A stretch of DNA of 46,531 nt, the filler included, from Catajapyx aquilonaris (lineage: Eukaryota): assembly GCA_000934665.2 (NCBI GenBank). It is 2 parts of 2 records of this genome, joined end to end, with 100 filler letters (N's around TTAATTAATTAA, not from the genome) between each part and the next. Parts side by side here need not be neighbours in the genome. Positions count along the whole stretch, not along the records: positions 1 to 23,157 come from KZ539403.1; 1 more part is not named here. The stretch is one strand, 5' to 3'. Below the pieces are notes generated by a model that saw nothing but the letters and a program-made list of their open reading frames with translations, was not told the DNA's origin and did no database searches. A program made the translations under genes and the position numbers. This document shows, piece by piece, positions 1 through 13,257 of the stretch (within the stretch, counting starts at the first letter, position 1; every line of letters starts with the position of its first letter).

Positions 1-710
1 AGCCCGCCGTTTTCAAATATATCAATTTCAAAAGTGAAGATTCAAAGCAATATTTATTAAAAAATAAGTCTCAGTCTTTTTTGATCAGCCCTCGTAGTTC
101 TTTTTGTTTGCAAAGAATTTCAAACAATATAAATACACAGTGTTATGGCGTATCCAAGATTTCCACTTGGACGATGTACTCAGCATGAATGGTGTTTTGG
201 GTTTTTTGATCTGGATAGTGAAACATGCAGCTGTCCATGTGAGAACACAGGTTCTTGCAGGTAAATGCCCACGTGCTGAAATGTCTGGCCCTGTGATTTG
301 TTTATTTTCATGGCATATGTTGGTATGATGGGGAATTGGAGGCGTTTCAGGCATGTTGTTGGTAAGGGCGATGTGAGGGAAGACTTTCCAGAGTGGGCTG
401 GATTTGATGCAATTTTAGATGACATCCGCTCGACTACCTCTAGGAATCACTGGTAGTGTCTGTCTGAAATCGCCTCCGATTACAATAGCACAGTGTTATC
501 AAGTATCCACGGATACACGTAAATAATGAGAGTAAATGAGAGGCAATGGCCTACTCCCTGTGTTTCTCGTAGTAATGGCCTACTCCCTGTGCGTAAATAA
601 TGAGAGTAAATGAGAGGCACTGGCATACTCCCTGTGTTGTTTTGGGTTTCTCCTAGCAACGGCCTACTTCCTGTGCGTTCCGGAGGGACAAGGCTATTAT
701 TATATGTAGA
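1..710 (-). mobile_element. Non-autonomous, internally deleted Helitron (3' end runs off the window)
   Basis: Minus strand starts TCTACATATAATAATAG at 710, which resembles a Helitron 5' end (the flanking base is T rather than the usual A). It is followed by short tandem repeats (520-680) and helicase remnants. Confidence 0.7.
130..490 (-). pseudogene. Helitron RepHel PIF1-type helicase remnant
   Basis: Reads [41 protein letters not shown] (motif III region, in-frame stop). A deletion with frame change near 351 joins it to [47 protein letters not shown] (motifs V-VI). Confidence 0.92.
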
Positions 711-776
711 ATGTGCCCGTCTGCCAGGGCCGCGGCCAGCGGCGGCTAAGGGTGGCCCGTCTGGACGGCCCCAAAG

Positions 777-1734
777 CCTGATTCAAGAACTCGACCGAGT
801 TAACAATAAATACCGATGTCATTGAGTAATAAGATAAATCACATAAAATTAATTAAGAGACCACAATTTTTAAGAGCTTTTGAAGAAGCAAGTTTCAGAA
901 TTTTTCGTGTCATTTATGGATGCCCAATAAAATTGTGAAGTGTCTCAGCGATTTAATGGGTACCGATATTTTTGTAGATCCAGAAATAATATTATAGTTG
1001 CTATTTCAGCACTTACTTAATTATTATTAAGCAACAATATGATAGATGCTCTCTTCAAAATATCTGAGCATCGTAACACGTTCTTGGGTTGTTACTGCTC
1101 CAGGGACATATATATAACGAAGGTGTTTCGGAATGATGCATTTCGCGTAGGGCGGTTTATCGGGGTTCATTTTTGTTGGACACAAGAACAGACCTGAGTG
1201 TATACAGTCATGTAGCCTACACAACTGTTGAGAAAGGCATGCTCATAGCTGAAGGCCTATGGAAGAATCTTCATCGTTGCTCCATCCACCTATGTAGTAC
1301 ACGGTTAGTCCATTCTTGTGTTCAACAATGAACCCTGATAAACTGCCCAACACGAAATACGACATATACAACATCATTCCAAAATACCATTGTCGCATGT
1401 GTCCCTGGATTGGCAACTGTCCACACGTCAAGTTCGTATGGTCAGCGGTTTTAAAGAGAACATTTTATCATATTGTTGCTTAATAACAGTTACATAAATG
1501 CTGAAGTGGCAGCTGTAATATTATTTCTGGATCGACAAATATCCAATCAATCATTCAGCCACGGGATAATTTTTTTGGCCATCCATACACGACAAGAAAG
1601 ATTCTGAAACTTGCACCTTCCTCACTGAGAAGCCCATTAAAATGGGAAAATCTTTTAACTTCATGCAATTTATCATTTTACTCGGCCATTGACATCGGTA
1701 TTTATTGTTACCTCGGTAGAGTTCTTGAATCAGG
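777..1734. mobile_element. Degenerate, almost fully palindromic (fold-back) MITE
   Basis: Ends are CCTGATTCAAGAACTC...GAGTTCTTGAATCAGG. Inverted similarity continues inward (agcaacaatatgata/tatcatattgttgct; ccagggaca/tgtccctgg) to a centre near 1215-1290. No clear TSD. Confidence 0.75.
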
Positions 1735-2642
1735 GAACAGAGGTTCTCCAGATTTTGCGGAATCTCAAGTAAACATTTCGCTTATCATTTTAAGTGCCGT
1801 TCAAAATAAATCGCGGAGGTCCATTAATGATCAACATCAAAATAATAAATTTTTTGACCATCATTTTTATTTAATTTTTTTTGTCTTCTTAATTACGAGT
1901 ATGACCATCTCATAAGGAGTGAAATTACCTTTCAAATGCACACAAAGTTTAGGAATTAACTGTTCCTCTGGGAGTTGCCTTCCAAGTAACAGCTTACGGA
2001 TGCTTACGGAGCAAAATTGGCACATTGGGCACCCTGTAGTTTCATAACCACTCGTCGTACCGAGAAACAAACTCGGTTACGCAAACCTGTCTGTTGGTAC
2101 TACAATATACTTCAATATGACCAAAACCTGAAAAGGTCATGGCAATAACGGGTAGCCCCATTGACGCAGAATGCCCCATACAATTACCATTACATTCATG
2201 CACACTGATCATACACCTGATCGACCCCCTATTGTGCAGCTTATTTAAGTAACAATTATATAACACTTAAATAACATGAGTAGTCTGCGGGGAACTATTT
2301 ATTGTTATTTGTAATGCGGTAGTATCAACAATTGAAGAAGTATCCACCGGCTGACACGGTCACATGGATTATGACTCATAACTCATGATCCATTGTCTTG
2401 ATCACGTGGATCCTACCAAAAATCTAAAGCGTAAGCAATACAGATTCCATGGAAAAAATATGGTGCTTTTGTCCAACCTGTCCCCATCTGGTCGAATTTG
2501 GACCCTAAGAGCCCCCACTAAAGGGGGTAATCACTTCAGTACTCCCTGGTACTCCTCACTGTCCTCAGGCTCCTCACTCTTTATTACTCCGTGGTACTCC
2601 TTGAATTTGGTACTCCAGTGTACACTTTTCAGTCGAGTGTTA

Positions 2643-2793
2643 AGGCCATTTCACAAAAAAAAATGTCGCGCGGCAAACGGCGCGACTTGCGGCAAATTTT
2701 TATTTATATTTATTGTTGCCAATTGTTGGCAACAATAAAATTTGCCGCAAGTCGCGCAGTTTGCCGCGCGACATTTTTTTTGTGAAATGGCCT
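2643..2793. mobile_element. PIF/Harbinger (Tourist-like) MITE
   Basis: TIR AGGCCATTTCACAAAAAAAA, palindromic body, TTA TSD on both sides. Confidence 0.9.
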
Positions 2794-3108
2794 TTACCCC
2801 CTTGACTCATCCGGCCGGCCCGCGAATTGCGAATAATTTTCTGCCGGACCAGCAAGTGCACACTTGTAAATAAATCGATAAGGAGCAGCATCCAAGAAAC
2901 CGATATATTAAAAACCGATTCATCGTGTTTCTGTTGATAAAACCAGGTTTCTTTCTAAAAATCCATACAAAATCGTATGGATTTTTAGAAAGAAACGTGG
3001 TTTTATCATATACCAAGCTCGGTGAAACTGGCCCTAAACAGAAGTATCTGGGCAGTGCAGTGTTGGGAAAGATCACCAAAAAATGTGTATTAGATCAGAT
3101 CCCAGTTA

Positions 3109-3500
3109 GGGGTCGTCCATAAACCACGTGACCGATTTTTGGCCACTTTTTGACCCCCCCCCTTCCCCCCCCCCCACCGCCTACCCGTAGTACCACCACC
3201 CCCCCCCNNNNNNNNNNNNNNNNNNNNNNNNNNNNNNNNNNNNNNNNNNNNNNNNNNNNNNNNNNNNNNNNNNNNNNNNNNNNNNNNNNNNNNNNNNNNN
3301 NNNNNNNNNNNNNNNNNNNNNNNNNNNNNNNNNNNNNNNNNNNNNNNNNNNNNNNNNNNNNNNNNNNNNNNNNNNNNNNNNNNNNNNNNNNNNNNNNNNN
3401 NNNNNNNNNNNNNNNNNNNNCCCCCCCGTGACCAACCGTGGTATATCAGGAGACCCCCCCCCCCTCCCCCCAAAACGGTCACGTGGTAATGGACGACCGC
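3109..3500. mobile_element. Harbinger-type MITE nested in the hAT-like element (interior is an N gap)
   Basis: GGGGTCGTCCATAAACCACGTGACC...GGTCACGTGGTAATGGACGACCGC with TTA TSD. Confidence 0.85.
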
Positions 3501-4258
3501 TTACCGGTACTTTAGCGTTTTCGTACCGAGATCCCAGTTCAGATCTCTCAATTCTAAAGGATCTCGGTATGATCTAGATCAGATTTCAGATCACACAACC
3601 TAAAGTGATTTACGCCAATTTGCAGTTTAGTTCAAGTGAAGGGGGATACAGGGAATTTGAATCTTGTCTGCCACCTCCAGGGGAATATTGCTAAATTGCA
3701 ACCGAAAAAACACTGCTGAGAAAAGATCCATTGATGAATGTGTCAAAAATAATAACCCTTCAATTGAAAATATTATAATAAGTACACAGAATAATTTCAC
3801 AGACATAAAAATAGTTGAAATATGCAGGGCTAGTCAATAAATCATATAATTCCCAGCATGTCCCATACATAATTATATGTTATACTTAATGGGAACCTCT
3901 CGAAGTGTCACTCTAAGTTCAAGGTGAAATATTTTTTTTTCGGGTTCCTTATCAGCTAGAAGGACAACACCCTTCTGGAGAAATCCTCGATCTCAAGCGT
4001 TTTCGAGATACAGGGGTCAAAAGGTCAAGAATGGACCACTTTATGAAGGCCCTGAGGAAGCTATCATTAGTGCTATCGGCGAGATTTTTGGGATCTAGAG
4101 GTTTCTTGGGATGGGGAATACAGTGGCATAACCGAAAATCATGAATTATGCTCATGAAGGGTACTTCTCAGGGAAGGGGAGGGAGGTGGGGGGGACAAAA
4201 ATTACTCTAAACAAAGTATTTTCTACTCCTTACGTCTTTAGACAGCACTGACTGGACA

Positions 4259-4351
4259 CCCAAGTTGGTGAATTTCGTCAAGAGGAGTGCTTCAGAAATG
4301 CTACATAATTCATGTTTACATGATGTAGTTAATGAAATTCACCAACTTGGG
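4259..4351. mobile_element. 93-bp mini MITE with CCC termini (EnSpm/CMC-like)
   Basis: Perfect 18-bp TIR CCCAAGTTGGTGAATTTC; 2-bp CA flanking duplication. Confidence 0.6.
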
Positions 4352-6199
4352 CATATGAGAAAGGTTCGCATTGTTCTGTAAAATTACTCGTGGATCTTAA
4401 CGGCTTTGAAGGCTATAGGCAAAACAAAGAAGACGTGATCTGGAAAATTCTGATTTTTAGATCATAGATCCCATGAAAAAAGTATCTAGATACCGTACAA
4501 GTACAGATACTCCGTTTTAAAAGTACCTAGATCAGGTCATAGATCACGCGTTTGGGATCTAGATCCTGCCCAACACTGGTTCTGGGTAATACCCTCATTG
4601 TTGTATAGTAAACTTACATGGCCAATCACAGAATCAGGGACATGCTAACAGATCTCGTAGTTTCGGGAGTACTTTTTACCAGATCAGTGTGTGTATAATT
4701 ACCAGTAGACCTAAGTCATGTGTTCTTCGTAATGAAAAACGAACATACCGGTATGCGTTCGTTTCAAGAATCTTACATATGATACAAGAATGAGTTTTTA
4801 TTTTATTATAATATTATACTGGGCCAATGAAAAAATGACAATTTACGTGGTCTTCCCCAGCGCGGGGACTGGGGAGCCCCCCCCCCCCCAGGGCTGGTTC
4901 TGGTTATAAATAAAGTGGTGGCAACATGTGCACAAAATGTAAGCCAGGTTACTTAACCTAGTCTGTATATACAATAATGTATAATTATTCATTCAATGTA
5001 ACCTCCTGCCATGTTTTGCACCTTTATCCAAACTTGTGAGAGCCTATGAATTTCATCAGAAGCAGTTCCAATTGATATCACTTTCAGTGAATGTCTGGTC
5101 TACCACTTGAAGAATTTCTCGCACGTCGTGAAAGGCACTGACCCATCTTTTTAAAATGTCACCTTCTGCAAGGAATCAAATGGGGAGGTGAAGTGGGGAG
5201 CAAGTTCAAATGCAATGATTCACTGAGCAGTCACAATGTATTTAGTTCCCATGAATTCAGCAATATCCAAAACAGGTGTACTTCTTCTGGGGACCCCGGT
5301 TCGGCTACTGGCGATGAGTCAGCTATACGCTGCAGCTATGGCTCCAGGGAGTTTTCAGAAGTGACAGGCAGGCCACAGCAAGGTAGGCTATTTATTTAAT
5401 TCTTGTGAGTATGACGATTTCAGCGTTTCTTATGGTTCTCTTGTAGATATTACGGATACTTTAACGTACCCCATAATTACATCAGAATAACAGTTGGGCA
5501 GTAGTACTTGAATGTCAAGTTTTTACGGCGATCTTTTCGAAAGTTAATCTTCTAGCCGAGGAAAAGTGTTTCCAAAGCATACATTGTGTAGAGTAGAACA
5601 AAGCTTAGAATATACAGGGCTGATCACTCCTCTTATCGCGTTCAGGGCACGGTTCAGGGTAAACGGGGTGGTAGTGCGTTGGGTGGCCACGACAGTGCAG
5701 CTCAGGAGTCGTGCCTATTGCAGTCACCCAATGCACTACCCCATCAGCCCGCCAGAAGGCCAAAAGAGGGTAGTTCGAAAATCTGAAGGCAGCCGTAGGC
5801 CCTATCTTATACCTACTATCACAATGTGCTACCTGTGCAAGCTCCATGGAATGCTTTAAGTATAACTGAAGAATACATCATCAATCTAATCAAAATTGTG
5901 GCCTTTATGAGGGATGGATCATTGTTCCTCCAAGAACCTGGAATAGTTTTACAACTTCTGGTGTTGGTAATGTGGCACCAGAAAACAGTTTTACCACAAT
6001 AATATGCTGACTGTGTTCCACACAATGGCAATGGTATGCTTTATGTCAATTTTATTGGCCCTAACATCCACTCCTCCTATATCAACGGAGCCATGTGTGG
6101 AGGAAAACAACATAACTTCCAGAGTAACAGAAGCACTACAGTATGCATAATTATATGCAATTTATATATTTTAACTTATTGTACAGGGGAAAGAAACAT

Positions 6200-6430
6200 G
6201 GTTGGCTGGTTGGTTGTTTTGAGGGGAAGCAGGTGTTGTCACCCAGAGAACCTTTTATCACAGAACCAATTATTACTGGCAGTTCGCTTCCATGAAACAC
6301 ACTCATGGTCAATCACAGGGAAAGCAATCCAAAATTGTCCTGGAATCAACCAGGAAAAACCACAGAAAACCTGGGTCAGCACTGTTGGCAACAGGTCTTG
6401 AACCTGAGGCCTCCAGAATGATAGTCAGAG
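6200..6430 (-). mobile_element. Degenerate tRNA-derived SINE (family of 22560-22752)
   Basis: Minus strand reads ggaggcctcaggttcaagacc (B-box-like) then ggttttctgtggtttttcc, similar to the copy at 22560. Confidence 0.6.
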
Positions 6431-6826
6431 TGCAGAAGAGTTCTGAACAAAATGACAAACACATGAGGAAAATAAAAACATGTGTTCCTTCTACTGTTCA
6501 TGCAGCCAGAAGATAACCAACATGCCACAAGCCTTTTATTGCTAGTTCCATTGATGACATTATTGCCCATTGTGAATCCATTAGTATTCTCGGGATGCAG
6601 GAACAGCAGTTTTTCAGTCATACGGGTATGCTATAATCTGTCTGTTACATGTTTCACCAGAATAATTTAAAACACCACTGTGATCTGCAACCCCTTTTCC
6701 TTTTCTCACTGCAAGCACTACAAAAATCATGCTTTAATGTAAGTTTGGAGGATGAAGCAAACCTAACACACTCCTACTGAACAATCAGCTCCTGATACTG
6801 TACAGATCTGCCCACCTCCAGCCTAA

Positions 6827-7014
6827 AGGCCAGTATCGAAGTAAAAGTTTCTCTGGCACAAGTCCTCTTGAGCGAGGAATCTTGTCCATCGAGACGGACT
6901 CCATGTCGCCTCAGGGCCCCTCGGAAAGGGGATTAAAGTAGAAAATTTTCTACTTTTTCTCGTTCCTCTGATCCAGGCATGTGCACGAGAAATCTTTTAC
7001 GTGGATACGGCCCT
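6827..7014. mobile_element. Harbinger-type MITE
   Basis: Imperfect TIR AGGCCAGTATCGAAGTAAAAG / CTTTTACGTGGATACGGCCCT; TAA TSD. Confidence 0.7.
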
Positions 7015-7933
7015 TAATGCTGTATAACAGAGCTAGGTATCCAAGTGTTTGCCCATGTGTTGGCCTCCAGTTGACCATCTTGTGCCATTCTGTAGTAGGC
7101 CAATGACACACAGAGTATTCCAAACATGATATGTTGATGATATCCATTTCAACAGTAACTTTTTTCCCCTGAACATCTAATTATTATGCAGTTTTTAAAT
7201 AGTTACTTCAATGCCAGAGCTAACTTGGCTCATTACAGACTCTCCCAGACACCAATAATTTTGCTGAAGACTGTCCCTCCTCTCTGCAACTATATCTTGT
7301 TTTATTTCTGCATGCTTCTCATCCCTATATTCATGCCATCGCTTCCTTGCTTGGCTTTGCCTGCATGTCTGCAATGTAGTCCAATGCTGCTGTCTGCCTC
7401 ATCTCTCCTCCCACATACCCATTCCCCAAATGGTCAATGTAAATGGGGATCACTAAAATAGAACAATAATTTGCAATAAGATCCCAAGCAACAAAGCTGT
7501 GGATTTGTGAATGCACATCACAGTAGCACTTGCTGCCCAGGCAAGAAATCTGTTCCTGGAGAACGAACTCACAGCTATCCATTCAATCAAATATTAGCAG
7601 TTACTATTGTTGGAAAGTAACTGCGTAGTGCCTTTTGAAAACTTCTAACTGACATGGAAGTCAAGTTTAGAATACCGTGTGTTCATACTCAGGTACATAG
7701 TGCTGCTGATTACTACTACTGAATACTCAGGCTAATTAATGCTACTGAATACTCAGGTACATAGTGCTGCTCTAAAGTAAAAAAAAATCAATCACAAAGA
7801 GTCTGTCTCATCAGGCACTATTTATGAAAATTACCTGCTCATTTATAAATGTGATGGCTGCCAATCTCCATTTGATGGCTATAGATGCAGTACTTTCATC
7901 TTTATTCAAAACAAAACTGTAACAGATGCTTAA

Positions 7934-8089
7934 GGCCAGGTGCAAACTAGTCGATGCAATGGCCATGTCAGACTGAAGAGTTGCAGGAACAGGATTTGAA
8001 GCAGTACTTGAATTGGGCTACATCGTTGCAACTGCAATAGAACTTTTCAACCTGACATTGTGGTTGCATCGCCCAGTTTGTGCCTAGCC
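7934..8089. mobile_element. Harbinger-type MITE
   Basis: Imperfect TIR GGCCAGGTGCAAACT..GATGCAA / TTGCATC..AGTTTGTGCCTAGCC; TAA TSD. Confidence 0.7.
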
Positions 8090-8524
8090 TAAAGCTTAAG
8101 TGAATGTCCACCTCTACCTTGGACACAGAAAAGTTGACCTTTCAAAGAGGCTGTATATTAACCTTTTCATTCAGGCTTGTCTTTTCTCTTCTTTCACAAA
8201 ATGGTGCATTGGACAGCCTGTTTGGGAAGGAGAATCTGATCAACAGGCCCAGTTGGGGAATGCCCTATTCCAAGTAAACTATTAAAGCAAAATGGCCTTG
8301 AAAAGGGTTGGGAGGGGTCATTTCCCACAACAATGAGGAAGCAGGCAGGGGGAGTAAAATTTCCACTCCAGGTGAGGAAAAGTCAATGACACTCGAGTGA
8401 CCTGCCTGAACAAAAAGATTAACAAGTAGGGAAAAAGTTATTCACTTTCAATCTTGATGATGGAAAATGTGCCTAATGACATCGAGTTCCAGCCATTACA
8501 TCATGACTTGACCAATAAATAATT

Positions 8525-8773
8525 GAAGAGGTCGGTGCAATACTGCCCTAACCCTCCCAAACCTGATTTTGAGAAAACTGCAGTTGAAAGTTTGAGATGC
8601 CATATACATCCCATATACCATGTGACTTATTTCATTTGATTTCTCAGTGACCGATGGCAGAAACTGCACAATTTCAATGGATTTTATTAGATACATGAGT
8701 GTAGTACATGGAAGTGTGCATAACTCAATTTGTGTCATTTGGTGGGTTAGGGCGGTATTGCACCGACCCCTTC
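8525..8773. mobile_element. MITE with 4-bp TSD (Sola-like)
   Basis: TIR GAAG(A/G)GGTCGGTGCAATAC..CCCTAACC; AATT on both sides. Confidence 0.75.
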
Positions 8774-9133
8774 AATTGCAGGAAAGAGTCATCTCAAGTC
8801 CACCCCTTGTAGTAACAGGGCAACCATATGGACAGAATTTATTGACACAGTATCTGCCTTAAAAAAAACCAGTATACTGTGCATCAACATAATTTGACAC
8901 CTGGTGATAATAAAACCATACAACTCAACTGATCAGTGCTCTCCAGCAAAGCCACTCAGAGTAACAGCTCTTAGCATACTAATGGGGTTGGGACCAGTAC
9001 TGTCGAGGTATCACTGTACTACTCTACTCCCCATTTGCAAATAATATTTTGGGAGAGATTTTGAAAAAATTCAAATCATGAAAACTGTCTGGCTTTCAAT
9101 TAGAAATGTCACAAAAAAATCATGCTTGCATAT

Positions 9134-9378
9134 GAAGAGTCCAGGGGAAAAAGGGGGAATGTCAAATTCCATTGGGGTTCCTGCCAAGTGCACAGTACAA
9201 TAGTAGCGTAGGTGCCACTTATAGCTGGAGGCTTTCCATGGGTACAAGGGGGACAGTTGCATAAAATTACGTAAAGATATCCCTATTATTCTCTAGACAC
9301 ACGAAGAAATAAAGCCATTCTTCGATTTCTCATGAACATTTTTTGTATGACATTCCCCCCTTTTCCCCTGGACTCTTC
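9134..9378. mobile_element. MITE with 4-bp TSD (Sola-like)
   Basis: TIR GAAGAGTCCAGGGGAAAA..GGGGGAATGTCA; ATAT on both sides. Confidence 0.8.
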
Positions 9379-9771
9379 ATATGTAAATGTCTTTTAAAAT
9401 CCCAGTGTAATGCTGATTCTTGTGCAGCATGTCAAATATGGCAGAGGTCATGATTTTGTATCTTTCTGGTTCCTGAAGGCTTTTACATCCTGCCAAGTAA
9501 CCAAACTTTTGCAAGTGCCCCTTTTTCTTCAAGATCACAAAAATTGATCCACACTCTGGATCAATTATGTATTGGTAGCCATTCACTTAATCACTCGTTG
9601 AACTACAGAGAGGAAGTTAGGACATCATCAGTAGGAGAACCTTATTGACATATTCCAGGAAAGTTGATTCATCCTAATATGCAGTTCTTCAATTTCATCA
9701 GGTCGGTAGACAGACATACAGTATTATTTGCCAAGTACTGTACTAAGGTCGACGCATATCAAAGGACAGTG

Positions 9772-10282
9772 CTGGAGCCTCATGTAAAAACCATGTATCT
9801 CTGATTTGGCCATTTTTAGATATTGCACCTCAAAGTTCGTGATCTGTCATTAGATCTTGCATAAATCATACTTGAAAAACTTGAATAACTTTGCAGGAAA
9901 ACAAGTTAGAGAGACGTGGTTTGTACCAGTGGATAGAGCTTGAAAAGACCCGTCGAATTGTGGCCTACAAGTAAAAACCCAGTATCTTGAGTTACATGGT
10001 TTTTACATGAGGCTCCAGAATAGCCCTCTTCTACTCTGGAGCCTCATGTAAAAACAATGTAACTCAAGATACTGGGTATTTACTTGTAGGCCACAATTGG
10101 ACGGGTCTTTTCAAGCTCTATCCACTGGTACAAACCACGTCTTTCTAACTTGTTTTCCTGCAAAGTTATTCAAGTTTTTCAAGTATGATTTATGCAGGAT
10201 CTTATGACAGATCACGAACTTTGAGGTGCAATATCTCAAAATGGCCAAATCAGAGATACATGGTTTTTACATGAGGCTCCAG
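9772..10282. mobile_element. Two copies of a 247-bp MITE in inverted orientation (9772-10018, 10036-10282)
   Basis: Each copy has TIR CTGGAGCCTCATGTAAAAAC. The copies are near-identical reverse complements separated by 17 bp. Confidence 0.9.
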
Positions 10283-10470
10283 TATTTATCTCAGCATTTT
10301 TGGATTAGATGACTGGACCTTGAATGCTGTTGCACACATTCTATTTGTGGCAGCACAAGTCCTACTCAGTGTTAATTGCGTTAGCCTATTGAATAGAATG
10401 ACTTTTGCCAATTTTCTTTCAATTAGGAAAGCGTTTACCATCATTTTGCCAGGAGGTGGACAGCAATATA

Positions 10471-12802
10471 CAGGGTGTATCTGAACTCAGTGCCCCGACG
10501 TATATGACTGCCTTCCTAGCCACCAGAGGATCGATTTAAGTATGGCTAATTCCACGCGTGACTTACACGACATGACACTCAGTTTATGCCTAACTTTTAA
10601 ATTTTTAAACCACAAACGTAGCATTTAAGGAAAGGGTGTTTAGACCTAAATATGCACTTTGTATCTAAGTGTTAATTAATGTTTTGATTTTAACCGTTGC
10701 ACATTTCATTTAAGTTATATAAATATATAAAGGAATGAGTGACTTACACGACAAGAAAGCCACTGGTAACGGAGGCTTCAGATATGAATGTAAAATTCTT
10801 CACAGTTATGACTTAATTGTTAGTGTTATTGTAGGGAAGATATTTTCAAAGACCCAAATTAAAATAATATTATGTGAACTTGGTGTTATGTTATTAATTT
10901 TACAAGAAATAATTTTTTTCTTTTGTGACTTACACGACACTCGAAACGTGACTTACACGACACTTTTGTCCTCATTGCTTTCTAATCAGATTTATGAGAA
11001 GGATTTTAGATTTTTAGGACAGAAACAAAGTAATCTCTCTTATTACATCTTATTTTATTCAAACATTTAAATGATAGGCCTAGATGAGAATGTGCAGGGC
11101 AACAATTCTTATAGTTAACATTATTTTGAACATGTATAATGCATGTATAATGTGTGTACCTGAGCAGACAGCAGTGGATTCATTTCATTGGCATGTGAGA
11201 TGGCCAGGTGTGATACCTGATGGTCATCGCTGGCCACCCTGTCATGGAATACAGTGAATACGTGAAGGCGGAATGTGTATGTATTAGGTTACTACAATGT
11301 ATGTAGTCCATATGTGTGTATAAAATGGTCTATTAATTATTGGTATAACTTGCCCAACAAAGCATGTAGCGAGTTCTGTCCATTACATTTGCAGTCAAGT
11401 CAAATTAAAAATAAACAATATAAAACGCAAGAATGGAAGCATTGGAAATAAGAGAATATTCTAGTTCATAATGTCCAAGTGTACTGAAATAATGGGATTT
11501 TCTTAGTCAGGATAATAAACAACTTCTTTTACAGTAGGAGTTCACATTTCATCAAGCGTAGCTATTCTTCATTCAATGTCCTTTGATTCAATGAATATAA
11601 TATTAATATTTGGATAATCTCTAGGGGGTTCTTCTGCAAATTTTCCAGCTGCGTTTGGATCATACTGTCTGGCATTGATGGCTTCTCAAACTCTACATTT
11701 TATCTTCAAAGCGTCTCTCTCACTAAAAGTCACAATTTTTTTAAAAATTACACCTGTATTTTTGCCTTTCCAATGCACTTATCTAGGACAGCTCTTACTT
11801 CTCTTCTTGCCTTTAACTATGACATTTGCTTTTTCTTCCATTCCACTACTGTAAGTGCCACTTTAACAGCCGGGAAACAATAGTGACAGTGGCATCCAAG
11901 CCGAAGTGTGACTTACACGACAAGAATGAAATGGCCATAATAATGTTCAGGCAAAAATTACCTCAGAATTATTACTATTATTTGAAGGGTCCTACTGTGT
12001 AGTGAGAAGGTAATTAATATCAACTTTTAGATTTTGGTACTATAGCTAAAAATTTAAAAAAGGTCTAAAAACTGTGACTTACGCGACACACAAAGATGGT
12101 ATTTAAACTTGCTCAGTTTTATGCTGAATAAGTCATTGAAATGGAAAGATAAATATATAGTACATTCATCCAGTTCTTATGAGATAGAAATCACAGTTTA
12201 CTGCATGAAAAACACTAGATTACTTGTTGAATTATGAAGATTTTTATAGAGACTTAGAACAAAAAAATTTGCACACCCGCCATATTTGAAATAAACAGTG
12301 TTGTTAACTTGAATGTATGCGAAAATTCTCTAATATCTGCTGAAAAATAAAAAAATACACAATCTCAGCATTCAGAAAATATCTTAATATCACAGAAATT
12401 ATTTATTTTAAAATCTGACCCTGATGTATACTTTAGCATGGAATTAGCCGTATAGGAGTCCTATGTCTGGGGAGCCTCATTACTGAGATACACTCTTTAG
12501 CGATTTTTGCCTAATCGCTCCTTCTGACTTTTAAATAGAATTTTCTGGTGTAACTAGCCAAAGAGTCCTTACCACCTGTGGGCAACAAACCAACAAAGTC
12601 CCTCCCCCAGACCTTCCAGAGCCTTCTGACTCGGGGAGGGTTTGATGGGTGGCCTAACCGACAGGATATTTTGTACTACGTTTGCGGCCAATTATCTCCG
12701 TAATGAGGCTGCCCAGACATATGACTTCTATACTTAAATCGATCCTCTGGTGGCTAGGAAGGCAGTCATATACGTCGGGGCACTGAGTTGAGATACACCC
12801 TG
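10471..12802. mobile_element. Tc1/mariner-type MITE family A, interrupted by a 1.9-kb insertion
   Basis: Long TIR CAGGGTGTATCT(G/C)AACTCAGTGCCCCGACGTATATGACTGCC..., TA TSD; sister copy at 34624-35406. Confidence 0.9.
10544..12449 (-). mobile_element. Sola-like DNA transposon derivative nested in MITE A
   Basis: TIR GGCTAATTCCA. The GTAT 4-bp TSD restores the host sequence aagtatagg. The motif GTGACTTACACGACA recurs about six times. Minus strand ~11540-11700 reads RV*EAINARQYDPNAAGKFAEE..PNINIIFIESKDIE, a possible transposase C-terminal remnant. Confidence 0.75.
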
Positions 12803-13257
12803 TATAACGTATGGTATATATTAATATTCGGTATGAACTGAAGGAGTGCTAGGTCTAATTACAATGGGCATGAAAGCAAACATCCAGTGATGGGTGGGTC
12901 AGCCTTCCAACTCTGATGTCCCACATTCTAGGTTGGAAAAAGGACTGTCTCATTTGGAAATAGTTTTGATGGATTCTCTCAATATTTGCATAGGTTTTCG
13001 GAACACCTCAACTAAAATGTCCAGCGAGCAGGAGGTCGTGATGGTAAAAGACCACTGCAAGTGAGCTATTTATTTTATTTAGGCGTGAAGATGACAGTAC
13101 CAGTACTTATTTTTGCCACCGTATTGAGATGTTATGTGGTTTCGGTCCTCCAGGGTCTTATCCATATACATCATCCAAGTCGCTACCTTATTGGCCACCT
13201 CAGCAAGTAATCATATACAGGGTTCATTCAGATGAAAACGAGCTACGGTCATATATA

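Larger units (their letters stand above)
3058..4578. mobile_element. hAT-like non-autonomous element hosting nested insertions
   Basis: TIR CAGTGTTGGG...CCCAACACTG with subterminal AGATC repeats. Only a degenerate 8-bp TSD candidate (TATCTGGG/GTTCTGGG). Confidence 0.65.

Noticed and set aside
3090..3482. Poly-X ORFs here and at 39394-39855
   Set aside because: Artefacts of N gaps inside G/C-run MITEs.
5900..6010. LINE 3'-end-like peptide (PRTWNSF)
   Set aside because: Too short and degenerate to support.
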